DNA from: Acidisoma sp.
GTDB lineage: Bacteria; Pseudomonadota; Alphaproteobacteria; Acetobacterales; Acetobacteraceae
NCBI RefSeq assembly: GCF_965199065.1
Contig: NZ_CBDAQN010000002.1
Span: 48,213 to 112,212, forward strand
Length of the DNA: 64,000 nucleotides
Direction of reading: 5' to 3'
Shown here: positions 1 through 10,400 of the stretch, piece after piece
Position numbering within the stretch: the first letter of the stretch is position 1
Layout of the letters: each line of letters begins with the position of its first letter
Notes under the pieces: model-generated
What the model was told of the DNA's origin: nothing
Databases searched by the model: none
The model's input: only the letters and a program-made list of their open reading frames with translations
Position numbers and translations under genes: made by a program

Positions 1-887
1 CCTGCTGGCGCGACGGAGCATTGAGAAGCCACCTTCTCCCAATCCGTACCGACCGCCATATGCTTTGTTTCAAGATGCGTGATCAGAGCCGGCTCCGGCG
101 CCATAAGGATCCGATGCCTGGAGGGCTTCAGGATGCGCATCAGGCTGTACAGATTGATGCCCATTCGCACGCCGCAGATCGCCGCCCGACGAGCAAATCC
201 GCCGGATGTCTCGCTATTAAGCAGCGTCTGAACCAGCGATTTCATGGGATAGGGCGTGAACCCCTGATACATGAGACACGTCGTGTGGTCGTAGGCGCCA
301 CCCGTGTACATCGCACGCATCATCATCGCGTGGTCTTCGACGAGAGCCTGCACGCGGACGCCGAAAGTCGACGTAGTGCTCAGGGCACGGCGCCAAGGAT
401 GACCGTTGATGAGCGTCACCTCGGAGTCTGACCATCCACGCGGTTTGCGGTGAACATCCTCGAACGCGGTTCCGTTCGGCTCGCGCATTCCAATCAGGGC
501 GTAGAGACCAAAATAAGCGGCTTCTGGAAACGCTTCTGTTGCAGCAAGAAGATCCACGAAAGCGTGCGGCTGGTAAAGATAGTCATCTTCCGCAAACCAG
601 ACCAAATCATCCTTCGGCCAGGATCGCACGATCGGAAGTTCCAGAATTGCCTTCAGCGATCCTCTCATACCCAAGCGCGACCGCATCACCACCTCGCCTG
701 AGGCTTTCATAAGTTCCAGGCGATTGTCAGGGATGGGACCGTCATTCATGAAGATAAGCTCTGCCGTTCCAGGCTTCAGTTGCTGAAAAGCCTGGATCAG
801 AGAGATGAGCGAAAGGCGCTTGCTGTAGTAGTCAGGTCGCCCCTTCTTGTTCTCTCCGGCATAGGATCGACTGATTATATGAAGCAC
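1..887 (-). CDS. putative GT-A fold glycosyltransferase (GTG start at 887; 3' end runs off the window)
   Basis: Absent from the ORF track because there is no stop inside the window. My reverse translation from GTG 887 reads VLHIISRSYAGENKKGRPDYYSKRLSLISLIQAF..LIFMNDGP..VWFAEDDYLYQPHAF (DxD-like EDD motif) and stays open to nt 3. Divergent from the GT4 gene at 1183. Confidence 0.55.
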   Translation of the reverse strand, partial: MLHIISRSYAGENKKGRPDYYSKRLSLISLIQAFQQLKPGTAELIFMNDGPIPDNRLELMKASGEVVMRSRLGMRGSLKAILELPIVRSWPKDDLVWFAEDDYLYQPHAFVDLLAATEAFPEAAYFGLYALIGMREPNGTAFEDVHRKPRGWSDSEVTLINGHPWRRALSTTSTFGVRVQALVEDHAMMMRAMYTGGAYDHTTCLMYQGFTPYPMKSLVQTLLNSETSGGFARRAAICGVRMGINLYSLMRILKPSRHRILMAPEPALITHLETKHMAVGTDWEKVASQCSVAPA

Positions 888-1182
888 GCAGTTTAGCTCC
901 AAAAACGACACCGCCCGAAGCATCATGCAGCAGATGTTGGGCTTCTCGCGCGGTCTTAGCCAGTGAGCACGGCCGGTGGAATACCTTCTTCCGCCCAAGC
1001 GCCGAGATGGCATCATTCCTAAGTGGCGGTCGAAGCTAAGTCTATTGTTCAATGGTCGGTTAAGCCGGCGGATGCGGTAAGAAGCGGTGGTATGAGTTCC
1101 TCAAGCAATCGAGCCGCCTCGGTTATCTAATGCGCACCGGGCCGCTCCTGGCCTTCCAGTGAGAGTTTAGGGACTTCATGAT

Positions 1183-2406
1183 TTGCACCATTCAAACGGC
1201 AGGCGCATGCGCATCGCTTTGATTGATCCCTCGCTTTTTTCATTGCCGTATGATCGTGCTTTGGCATCGGGCCTGGGCCGGATCGGCCACACGGTGGCGC
1301 TGCACGGGCGCGCGCTCCGGTCGGGGGATGGGTCTCCGGGAACGATCGCCATCCACAAGTCATTTTATCCCATCTCGGAAGGTCCGGTTTGCCAGAGCCT
1401 CCCAGGGCCTCTGCGTCTTGGCATCAAAGGGGTCGATCACGCCTGGTCGATGTGGCGGCTCCTCAAGCAGCTCAGGCGTGAGGCTCCGGACGTCATCCAT
1501 TTTCAATGGCTTCCGCTTCCTCTCCTTGACCGGGCATTTCTGAAGGCACTCCGCCAAGTGGCGCCGATTGTGCTCACGGTTCACGACACAAACCCATTCA
1601 ATGGCGAGGCCTCTGCTGCGATCCAGCGCCAAGGTGTAGGCGCGTGCCTGTTCCAGTTCGACCGCCTCATCGTGCACACGAAGCAGGGCGAGGAACGGCT
1701 ACAGAAACTTGGAATGCCGAAGGAGCGTATAACCGTACTTCCGCATGGAATGCTGGTCGACCCCGTTCCTACCGCCCCTGATGCCATGGAGGGACGCCTG
1801 ACGTTCCTGCTCTTCGGAAAAATCAAGCCCTATAAGGGCGCCGATCTCTTGATCAAGGCATTGGCGGGGCTGCCGCCTTCGCTGCGCGCGCAAGCCCGCG
1901 TGCGAATCGTGGGAAAACCCTACATGGATGTCTCTGCCCTGCAGGCGCAAGCCGCGGCAGCTGGTGTGATTGTCGAGATTGAAACCGGCTTTGTGGAGGA
2001 TGAGGAGATTGCGAGCCTCTTCTCTCACAGCACGGTCGCAACTTTTCCGTATCGGGAGATCGAGGCAAGCGGCGTGCTGTTCCTCGCTCTGGCGCACGGT
2101 CGCCCCATCATCGCCTCCCGCCTTGGCGCCTTTGGCGAGTTGCTGACGGACGGCCAGCACGGCGCACTCGTGCCTGTCGAAGATGTCCCCGCTTTGACCA
2201 AGGCGTTGCAGCACATGCTCAGCGATCGTGCGTTTGCCGCAGCCTGTGCGGCCTCGGTGCAGGAACTGGCTGGCAGCATCCCGGATTGGGATACGATCGC
2301 CGACCGCACCGTCGGCGTCTACCGCGATGCGGATCGCGCGCGCGCAGCGTCCGTTGTCGAAAAGCCCGCTCTGACAGTACATCCACTGACCAGCACTTCT
2401 CGATAA
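1183..2406 (+). CDS. GT4/GT1-family (GT-B) glycosyltransferase
   Basis: 407-aa ORF. MRIALIDPS is a Rossmann-type N-terminus, so the likely true start is ATG 1207. C-terminal FPYREIEASGVLFLALAHGRPIIASRLGAFGELL is a typical GT4 EX7E-region motif. Confidence 0.85.
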   Translation: MHHSNGRRMRIALIDPSLFSLPYDRALASGLGRIGHTVALHGRALRSGDGSPGTIAIHKSFYPISEGPVCQSLPGPLRLGIKGVDHAWSMWRLLKQLRREAPDVIHFQWLPLPLLDRAFLKALRQVAPIVLTVHDTNPFNGEASAAIQRQGVGACLFQFDRLIVHTKQGEERLQKLGMPKERITVLPHGMLVDPVPTAPDAMEGRLTFLLFGKIKPYKGADLLIKALAGLPPSLRAQARVRIVGKPYMDVSALQAQAAAAGVIVEIETGFVEDEEIASLFSHSTVATFPYREIEASGVLFLALAHGRPIIASRLGAFGELLTDGQHGALVPVEDVPALTKALQHMLSDRAFAAACAASVQELAGSIPDWDTIADRTVGVYRDADRARAASVVEKPALTVHPLTSTSR

Positions 2407-2412
2407 GAGCCG

Positions 2413-3591
2413 ATGTCAAACACACCTGAGGCGCGCGTAATAGACCCGGCGGTAACCTGCCGCGGGTCGACACGACCGGTATCCAACGAGGGTAAGATAG
2501 CACAGACGCCGACTGGCTCCCGCTCGGCATTCAACCCTTACGTCCAGGGAGCGCGGGGAGCGTTCTGTCTGCTGCTCTTCGTTTTTCACGTTGCCAATTC
2601 GGGCCTCCCGAGTTTCGGCTTCCTCTCTGCTGGCGTCGCCAATCACTTTCTACTGTCGTTGCAGTACGGAGTTGAGCTTTTCTTCCTGATCAGCGGCTAC
2701 GTGATCGTCGGCGTGATCCGCAAATCCAGCAGCCCCTGGAAGTTTCTGCGCGATAGGGCGATCAGGATTCTGCCTGTTCTTTGGGCAACGATGCCGTTCG
2801 TGCTGACGCTGGAGTATCTCGGGCATCGATTTGGCGTCAATGACATACCTCTTTTCGACCTGTTCCCGATACTACTGGCAAATCTCCTTTGCCTTCCCCC
2901 TGTGGTCCCGCTTCCGCTGCTTCATCAAGCAGCTTGGTCTTTGAGTTTCGAATTCAGCTTCTACTTGTTCGCAGCCGTTTCGATCTGGTGGCGGCGCTAT
3001 CACAGCTGGATGGCCTATCTTCTGGCGTTTCCCATCGCGATGTTTCTCTACCTCCATCCCAGAGCGTGGTTCTTCGTTCCAGGGGTGCTGGTGGCGTCAG
3101 GCCTGCTCTCGCACCCGTTTCTACGGCGGTTCACGCGGCATCCCGCACCGTTCCTGGCGCTGTTTCTGGGAGCGTGGTGGGAGGTGATCGGTCTCGATAC
3201 GAACCAGACCATGTCGGGATGGGGCGCGTCGAGCTTCGTTTTCCTTTTCATTGCTCTGGCTGCCGCGACGATCGCCTTCAAAGGCATAGTCGACGGCGAC
3301 GGCTGGATCGGGGCGTTGCTGACATCGCGCGTGATGCAGTTTCTGGGGCTGATTAGCTACAGCCTCTACATGTGGGAGTTCATCACGATGGCTGTCGTCA
3401 AGCGCGTGATCGAGACATCAGGTCTTCCACTGGTCCTGGGTGTGTGGTCTCAGGTGACGTTCTTCATCCTCGCTTTCCCTATCACCGTCTTCGTGGCATG
3501 GATCAGCCAGCGATTGATCGAACAAGGCGTCTGCGGATGGCTCAGAAATCTTGCGAGACGCCCTTCTCATGCGGTCAATCAACCGACCTGA
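2413..3591 (+). CDS. acyltransferase family 3 (OafA/ExoZ-like membrane O-acyltransferase)
   Basis: 392 aa and polytopic hydrophobic. Its N-terminal motif (NPYVQGARGAFCLLLFVFHV) resembles the RxxxLDGLRG..H signature. Starts 6 nt after the GT4 gene stop. Confidence 0.8.
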   Translation: MSNTPEARVIDPAVTCRGSTRPVSNEGKIAQTPTGSRSAFNPYVQGARGAFCLLLFVFHVANSGLPSFGFLSAGVANHFLLSLQYGVELFFLISGYVIVGVIRKSSSPWKFLRDRAIRILPVLWATMPFVLTLEYLGHRFGVNDIPLFDLFPILLANLLCLPPVVPLPLLHQAAWSLSFEFSFYLFAAVSIWWRRYHSWMAYLLAFPIAMFLYLHPRAWFFVPGVLVASGLLSHPFLRRFTRHPAPFLALFLGAWWEVIGLDTNQTMSGWGASSFVFLFIALAAATIAFKGIVDGDGWIGALLTSRVMQFLGLISYSLYMWEFITMAVVKRVIETSGLPLVLGVWSQVTFFILAFPITVFVAWISQRLIEQGVCGWLRNLARRPSHAVNQPT

Positions 3592-4014
3592 TCAACTGGT
3601 TGGCTCGTTGGCCACGTTAATCACAGGCTTGCCCCTACCGCCATGACACAATGCTTCCAGCGCCATGGTTGACAATGGAAGCGCTATCCCGCGAGCAGTA
3701 ATTCTCAAGCAGAACAAGCCCTTAGCTACAACAGCCAAGGATCGACCTAGTCCTTAAGCCTTAGGATGTACTGTCTATTTGGTGGTATAGGCTCGGTAGC
3801 GAGCGGATGCCACTGTCGGTCAACGAAACCAGTCCGGCCATATCAGGCCAGACCAGCCGCCTGACTATCTGCCGTGAGCTCAACTCCACCGTTCACATTG
3901 AGAACATAATCCATTGTATATGAGGCACCCGGTGGTCTTGGCCTGTTCGAGACAAGCCGCTTTTTCATTGGACCAGCACCCGGCCTTCTCAGGCTTTTTG
4001 GGGCAAGACGCATC

Positions 4015-5325
4015 ATGATGAAGAATTTTTGGCGCCGCATGCTGTACGGCCGTCCTCCACGCCGGCCGGCCAGACGGCCGGACGCGGTAATCCCCGCTGC
4101 ACGGCCACCAGCGCCGGTGCTTGCGAACGAGGCATTCACGCCGACACAGCCCCGGACGGGCCGCGCCGGGCTGATCGGACGCCAGCAGGAGATCGAGACG
4201 ATCCTGCAAGGTCTCCTCGAAGACAAGGCGCACGTCGTGCTTTATTCAGAGCGCGGGCGCGGCAAGACTTCCCTTTCGAACGTTGTCGTCGACAGGCTGA
4301 AGCGTAAGGGACTTATCGTCGTTCGCTACCAGTGCGAGGCAAGCACCACGTTCGACAGCTTCATGCGCGGTTTGGTGCGTAGGTTGCCAGAGTCGCTCCT
4401 GGCGTCGCCCGTGCGCATGGAAGCGCTAGAGGGTTGCGAGGCCGCTTTGCCTGCGGGCCCGCTCCGCCCCGACGATGTCGTCACCCTGCTGTCGAGGCTC
4501 AGGCTCACGTCACTCATCTGCGTCATAGATGAGCTGGATCGCATCGTCGATCCCGAAACGCGGACGATGCTTGCCGACACAATCAAGCAGCTCTCGGACC
4601 GGGGCATCCCGCTGCTCTTCATGTTGATCGGCGTCTCCGACAACCTCGAGCAGTTGCTGGGCCAGCATCCTTCAATCCAGCGTGCCCTGGTCGCACTTCC
4701 GCTGCCGCTCCTCTCCGACGAGGAGATCAGCAACATCGTCGAGAAGGGTGCGAAGGATGCCGGGCTGAACTTCCCTGGCGATCTTGTGTCCGCGATCGTC
4801 ACCGTCTCGCGCGGGATGCCTTATCTTGCTCATGTCCTGGGTCTGCGTGTCGCGCAGGCGGCGGCGCGCCGGAACACGACCCTGGTCAAGCCGGTCGACT
4901 ACGGTTCGGCTCTCGATCGTCTGGTCCGGCAGGCGCCGTCCGAAGTCCTTCGGAATTATGACGAAATCACGGCGCATGGCCGCGACGAAGGCGCAGCCTG
5001 GGCTTTGCGCGTCATTGCGACCTGCCCTCAGGACCCTTGGGGGATGATCCGCGTCGTTGAAACTCCGGGCGAGAAGGCTCTCCTGGGCGGCCAGCGTGTG
5101 TCCTGGTCGGGCTGGGTGAAACTGCTCGAGCATGGTGTCGTAAGACGCGTCTTCGGTGATGCGGGGAGCGTCGTGGTGATCCACCGTTCCCTGGTGCAGC
5201 ATGTTCAGCTGCAGGAAGCTTTGCGGAGGCACGCCGCAATTACCCGCGAAACGGGCATGGACATCCCCGTCCGGCCCATTGCATTCGGCGGCACGACCGT
5301 GGCCAGCCTCACGCGATCCTCATAG
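4015..5325 (+). CDS. P-loop NTPase (AAA/ORC-like ATPase domain protein)
   Basis: LIGRQQEIETILQGLLEDKAHVVLYSERGRGKTSL carries a Walker A, and LICVIDELDRI is a Walker B (hhhhDE). Ends 8 nt before the co-polymerase gene. Confidence 0.7.
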   Translation: MMKNFWRRMLYGRPPRRPARRPDAVIPAARPPAPVLANEAFTPTQPRTGRAGLIGRQQEIETILQGLLEDKAHVVLYSERGRGKTSLSNVVVDRLKRKGLIVVRYQCEASTTFDSFMRGLVRRLPESLLASPVRMEALEGCEAALPAGPLRPDDVVTLLSRLRLTSLICVIDELDRIVDPETRTMLADTIKQLSDRGIPLLFMLIGVSDNLEQLLGQHPSIQRALVALPLPLLSDEEISNIVEKGAKDAGLNFPGDLVSAIVTVSRGMPYLAHVLGLRVAQAAARRNTTLVKPVDYGSALDRLVRQAPSEVLRNYDEITAHGRDEGAAWALRVIATCPQDPWGMIRVVETPGEKALLGGQRVSWSGWVKLLEHGVVRRVFGDAGSVVVIHRSLVQHVQLQEALRRHAAITRETGMDIPVRPIAFGGTTVASLTRSS

Positions 5326-5333
5326 GTGCAGTA

Positions 5334-7445
5334 ATGGACATGTCAGTGATACCGCTCAGCGGCTCCGCGGAACCTTCCGGCGGCAAGATGCAGCTGTCTC
5401 AGATAATGATGACCATGCGCCGAAACTTCTGGATCATCCTGCTCTGTGCACTCATCGCGGCGGGTGCGGCCTTCGGCTTCTCGAAATTGCAGCCAAAGCT
5501 GTACACCGCGAACGCCGCGATCGCCATCGAGTCTCAGTCGATCGGCGTATCTGAACTCGCGGGCGCTATTCACAACGACAGTCTCCCGGACCCGATGCCT
5601 CTCGTGATGACCGAGATGCAGGCGCTCTCTTCGCGCCCGGTAGTGGAACGAGTGGTTTCCGAACTCGGCCTTGCTCGCCTTCCCGAGTTCAACCCCGCAC
5701 TGCAACCGCCGAGCCTGGTGCAGAACCTGATGACGCAACTTCGCACGTACATCCCGATGATGCCGGCGCCGGCACCTGCGAAGGACACCGGCAATCAGGG
5801 CGTGCTTGCCAACGTCTACAAATCTCTCGTCGTATCGCAGGACAACCGCAGCTTGGTCATTGGCCTGGCGTTCACGTCTCAGGACCCGAAACTATCCGCG
5901 TCGTTTCTGAATGACCTGATAGACAGCTACCTGAGCACGCGGGCGAACAGCCGGGCCGGCGCCAATAGCAAGGCCAACGCCGAGATGCTTGCGCGTGTCG
6001 ATGTGGTTCGGGCAAACCTGAACAACCTCGAGCAGCAGATGCGCGATCTTCGCACCAAGGATGGCCTTGTCGGACTGCGTGCGGGAAGCATCCCCCAGCA
6101 GCAGGTGGAGATGCTCGCGACGGAAGCCTCCAACGACAGTCTCCAGCGTGCGCAGCTCGAGGCGCAGTGGGAGCAGGCCAACGCGCTCATAAAGGCTGGC
6201 GCCTGGGACGATCTCGGCAGCGTGCTTTCGTCCCCCACCATCTCGAAGCTCCGCGAGCAGGCGAGTGCCGAAAGCCAGCAGGTCGCGGCGTTGCGGACGC
6301 AGGACGGGCCGAATTCACCTGAGCTGCGAAGCGCGGAGGCTGACGCCGCGAGTGCGGAAGGTCAGGTTGCGGCGGAAGGCCGGCGCATCGTGAGCTCTCT
6401 CGCGACGCAGCTCAGCGTGGCGCGCGCCCAGGAAGCCGACGCCGAGCGCCAGCTTCAGAAGGCTCAGGAGGCCAGTGTCACCTCCGAGAATGCCCAATCG
6501 CAGCTTGACGACCTGCAGCAGGAGGTGACCGCGCAACGGGCTCTCTACCAGAACCTTCTGCAGGCAGTTCAATCGACAGCGGGGCAGACCACATCCTCGC
6601 TCGTCGACCTCAACGTGCGGGTGCTGAACACGGCGGTGCCGCCCGCGGTGCCTTCCAGCCCGAACACCAAGCTCGCGACCATGATGGGCGGGATCGGGGG
6701 CCTCGTCCTCGGCCTGCTGCTCTGCCTGATCCGCAGCCATACGGCCGACACACTCGGCACGACGGACGATGTCATCGCGACGACGGGCCTGCCGGTGAGC
6801 GCCGTGATCCGCGGCGGCAACCGCACGCTTCTCGCCCGCGTCCTCGGAAACCCAAGCGGCCAGGAGGCGGAGGCCCTGCGCCTTCTGCGGATGCGGCTTC
6901 GCTTCAACGGGCTACCGATCGCGCCGCGCAGCGTTCTGTTTGTCTCGCTCGATGACGGCCGTGAAGCGGCGGACCTCGCCTCTGCCTTCGCTCATGTCGC
7001 GTCAGCCGACGGTGAGAAGGTTATCCTCACCGAGGGAAGTTTGCGCGAGCCCCGTCTCGCAAGGCTCCTCGGCATCCAGCAGACGGGTCTGCTGACAGTG
7101 CTCGACGGTGAGGAAGATTGGCGGGACGTTCTGCAGACGGGTGAGGCGGCAACTCACCTGGACGTTCTGATCACGCGGCGTCCTGCGGGCGCTCCGCTGG
7201 CTCTGCTCACCGGTCCCCATTTCCAGAACCTTCTGCTGGATCTCCATGACGCCTACAACCTGACGGTGTTCAACGGCGCGGCCGCAGCCGGATCCGATAC
7301 TTTGGCGCTTGCCTCGGAAGTCGATGCGACGGTGCTCATTATCGATGCGGAGAAAGCCAACCGGGCGGAAGTACGGGAGGCGGCTTCGCGTCTCGCTCTT
7401 GCATCGCGCCGCCGACTGACGGTCGTGTTTGTCAGCACGAAATAA
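5334..7445 (+). CDS. polysaccharide co-polymerase / exopolysaccharide transport protein (Wzz-GumC-Wzc family) with degenerate C-terminal kinase-like domain
   Basis: N-terminal TM plus Wzz-like region (RRNFWIILLCALIAAGAAFGFSKLQPKLYTA). Long Q/A/E-rich coiled coil, second TM (MMGGIGGLVLGLLLCLI), then a 230-aa C-terminal domain with no GK[ST] P-loop. Confidence 0.8.
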   Translation: MDMSVIPLSGSAEPSGGKMQLSQIMMTMRRNFWIILLCALIAAGAAFGFSKLQPKLYTANAAIAIESQSIGVSELAGAIHNDSLPDPMPLVMTEMQALSSRPVVERVVSELGLARLPEFNPALQPPSLVQNLMTQLRTYIPMMPAPAPAKDTGNQGVLANVYKSLVVSQDNRSLVIGLAFTSQDPKLSASFLNDLIDSYLSTRANSRAGANSKANAEMLARVDVVRANLNNLEQQMRDLRTKDGLVGLRAGSIPQQQVEMLATEASNDSLQRAQLEAQWEQANALIKAGAWDDLGSVLSSPTISKLREQASAESQQVAALRTQDGPNSPELRSAEADAASAEGQVAAEGRRIVSSLATQLSVARAQEADAERQLQKAQEASVTSENAQSQLDDLQQEVTAQRALYQNLLQAVQSTAGQTTSSLVDLNVRVLNTAVPPAVPSSPNTKLATMMGGIGGLVLGLLLCLIRSHTADTLGTTDDVIATTGLPVSAVIRGGNRTLLARVLGNPSGQEAEALRLLRMRLRFNGLPIAPRSVLFVSLDDGREAADLASAFAHVASADGEKVILTEGSLREPRLARLLGIQQTGLLTVLDGEEDWRDVLQTGEAATHLDVLITRRPAGAPLALLTGPHFQNLLLDLHDAYNLTVFNGAAAAGSDTLALASEVDATVLIIDAEKANRAEVREAASRLALASRRRLTVVFVSTK

Positions 7446-7450
7446 GTGAC

Positions 7451-7485
7451 GCGGGGCTCTCCCACCGCCAGTGGGGGAGCCCCGC
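7451..7485. terminator. bidirectional stem-loop between convergent genes
   Basis: GCGGGGCTCTCCCAC-cgcca-GTGGGGGAGCCCCGC, a 15-bp stem with one G-U pair. Sits between the stops at 7445 (+) and 7497 (-). Confidence 0.6.
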
Positions 7486-7496
7486 CAGTATTGTGG

Positions 7497-10400
7497 CTAG
7501 TGCGTCGTCGTGAAGCTGAACGATGACGTGCCGTTGCTATCCAGGGCTTTGACACCGCTGAAGATGCTCGATCCGTTCACCGTCACCCCGTTGACGTAGA
7601 GGTTGCGATCTTCGGAAGACGAGCCGCCGTAGGCGTCGTTGACGAAGGCAACGCCGAGCGTGTGTGAACCAGCACCGAGGTTCCCCGTGAAGGAGAACGC
7701 TTGGGTCGCGTTCGCACTGTGCAGAGCGCTGATCGGCTGCGGAGTGGTGACAGCCTTCCCATCGATGTAGAGAACGAAGTCGGCATTCCCCTGCCAGGCG
7801 TCCTCCGACAGGCTCAACGTTACCGTGTCGGCAGGGGCCGCCGCAGTGTGTGTCGCGCCACCGACCGCAAACGTATCCGTTCCGCTAGAGAGCATGGTCG
7901 CGCTCGTCCCGGCGTAGGTGGTGCCGTCATAGGCAATGGAGTTGACGTAGAGATTGCGGTCCGTGTCCGGCGTTCCGCCATACGCATCGTTGATGAAGCT
8001 CACCTGGACATCGTTGACGGCCGTACCCCAATTGCCCGTCAGCAGGAACGTCCCCGCATCGCCTGACGAATGAAGTGTCGACGCGGTATAGTCTCCCCCA
8101 ACCTGCTTGCCGTCGACCGACACAGTGAACTGCGCATCTCCTTTCCAGGCGTCTTCCGATATCTGGAGCGCGAGAGTGTCAGTGGTAGGCGGCGCGGCGG
8201 CGGGCTGCGTCGCCGTGATTGTGGACGCAGCCGAAGCCGTCTCGCCCGCGGTATCCTTGATGCTCGCGCTGACCGTGGTGGTGACAGCCTTGCCCGCTGC
8301 GACCTGGTTCGCGGTGGGCGTGAACACCAGCCCGTTGAGCGTCGTCGCGACGGACGTGGCCGATCCGGAGACGGTCAGCGCGCCGTTTGCGATCTTGCTG
8401 CCGTCGGTCGCCGCATTGGGATCCGAGAGCGTGCCGTTCGCGGCGGCGCTTAGGGTGACCGTGGCGGTTTCAGTCTGGCCAGCATTGGCATCGGCGATCG
8501 TGACGCCTGTGAATGGCTTCGCGCTGGCAGCGTCGGTTGTGGCGACCGCTGCGGTCGCGGGCGTAATCGAAATGGCCTGTGCCACATCCGTCGCCTTGAT
8601 CGTGGACGTGGTCGAGGCTGTCTCTCCGGCGGTGTCGGTGATGGCGGCGGTCACCGTCGTGGTGACCACAGCACCGGGCGCCACCTGATTGGCGGTAGGC
8701 TTGAATACCAGCCCATCGAGGGCGGTCGCTACCGCCGTTGCCGACCCGGATATGGTCAGGACGCCGTTGACGACCTGGCTGCCGTCTGTGGCGGCGTTGG
8801 GATCGGACAGCGTGCCGTTTGCGGTGGCGCTGAGTGTCACCTTGGCCGTCTCCGTCTGCCCGGCATTGGCATCGGTAACCACGACGCCGGTGAACGGTTT
8901 GGCGCTTGCCGTATCGGTGGTCGCGACCGATGCGCTTGCCGGCGACACGGTGATCGGTGTTTTTGAGCCGGCGTAACCCGCGGGCGCACCCGCCAGCTCA
9001 GTGCCGGCGGTTCCGTTGAGCGGCTGGGTCCACCAGTCGCCGCTCGTGTTCAGCTGGTCCAGTGCCGACCCGGTCCAGAACAGCGTCACGACTTCAGCCG
9101 AGGATGGAACGACGGTGCCGTTCTCCTCTATTTGCTGGCCGCTGTTGATCGTCCAGGCATTGCCGGACGTGTCATAGATCGTGCCGGTGGTGCCGTTGAA
9201 CTGAGTGTTGGCGGCGCTTGTGGCATGCGCCGGTCCGGCCGGGGAGTCCGTTATCGTGGAGGTGATTGATGCGGTCTCGCCGGCAGTATCGGTGACGGCG
9301 GCGGTTACCGTCGTCGTGGCGGCGACGGTCGCCGACGTGGGCGAGAACTCCAGCGCGTCGAGGGCGGCCGCGACGGTCGTCGCCGAGCCGGAGATCGACC
9401 ACACGCCGGATGCGGCGGTGCTTCCATCCGTCGCCGCATTCGGGTCCACCAACGTTCCATGCGCGGTGGAACTCAAGGTGACGATGGCGGTCTCGGTCTG
9501 GCTGGTGTTCTTGTCCGTAATGACAACTCCGGTGAACGGCTTGGCGCTGGCCGTACCATTGGTCGTCGCGTTTTCGGACCCCGGTGTCACCGTGATTGGC
9601 GTTGCCGTGGGCGTCGTCGTTGACTGGGCGCCAAAATACTTTGCCCAGGCCGCGGCTTCCAGTGGCTTGTCATCCGCCGTATCCGAGAACGCGTAGGTGC
9701 CGCCGCCGTTGTCGTCCCAGATGCTCACGAAGTCGACGGTTACGCCGGAGTTCGTCAGCGTCGAAGAAAGCCATTGAACAAAAGTGGGGTTGTCGCTGGT
9801 AGGCGAACTTCCGGCACCGGTCTCGCAAATTGCAATGGGCTTACCTTGGGCTTTCGCGAAATCTATCAGATTCTGCAGGCTCAGGGAGGTTCCGCCGCTG
9901 GCATCGAGGCTGTATTGGTTAGAAGCGGGATCTGTATAGTAGTGCTCAAGGTTGATGGGGTCTGACGCCCATTGCGCCAAACTCGTGTCATACACCGGGT
10001 TGGGGGAGTTTAGTTCCTGCCCGCTCTTATCCCAGTCGTAGAGGGAATACGGGTAGAGATTGTCGTAGACATCCGCTCCGATGACGTCGACGTATTGGTT
10101 GCCTGGATACATAGTCTCCGTCGCGTTACCTGCCGCGCTGCCATTGGCGATGCCGGGGTTCCAGATAACCTTCAAACTAACCCCGTCGGCCGCAGCGGCC
10201 GAGTGCAGGACGGTGTAGATGTGCTGAAAGGCAGAGACCCAGAGTGCCTGCATTGACGTGCTGCTGCCGACGAAGCCGGGCGTGCTGTTCAGGTTCATCT
10301 CGACGCCTGGACGCCAGTACTGCGTTTTAAAGCCGTCGCTGGCCCAGGTCTGCACCATTGACTGCAGCATGCTGTCATACGTGCCGTTCGCATAATTCTG

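Noticed and set aside
3843-4233. 127-aa and 117-aa minus-strand ORFs upstream of and overlapping the ATPase gene start
   Set aside because: No motifs and Arg/Pro/Gly-rich. They overlap each other and the start of the better-supported plus-strand ATPase gene.
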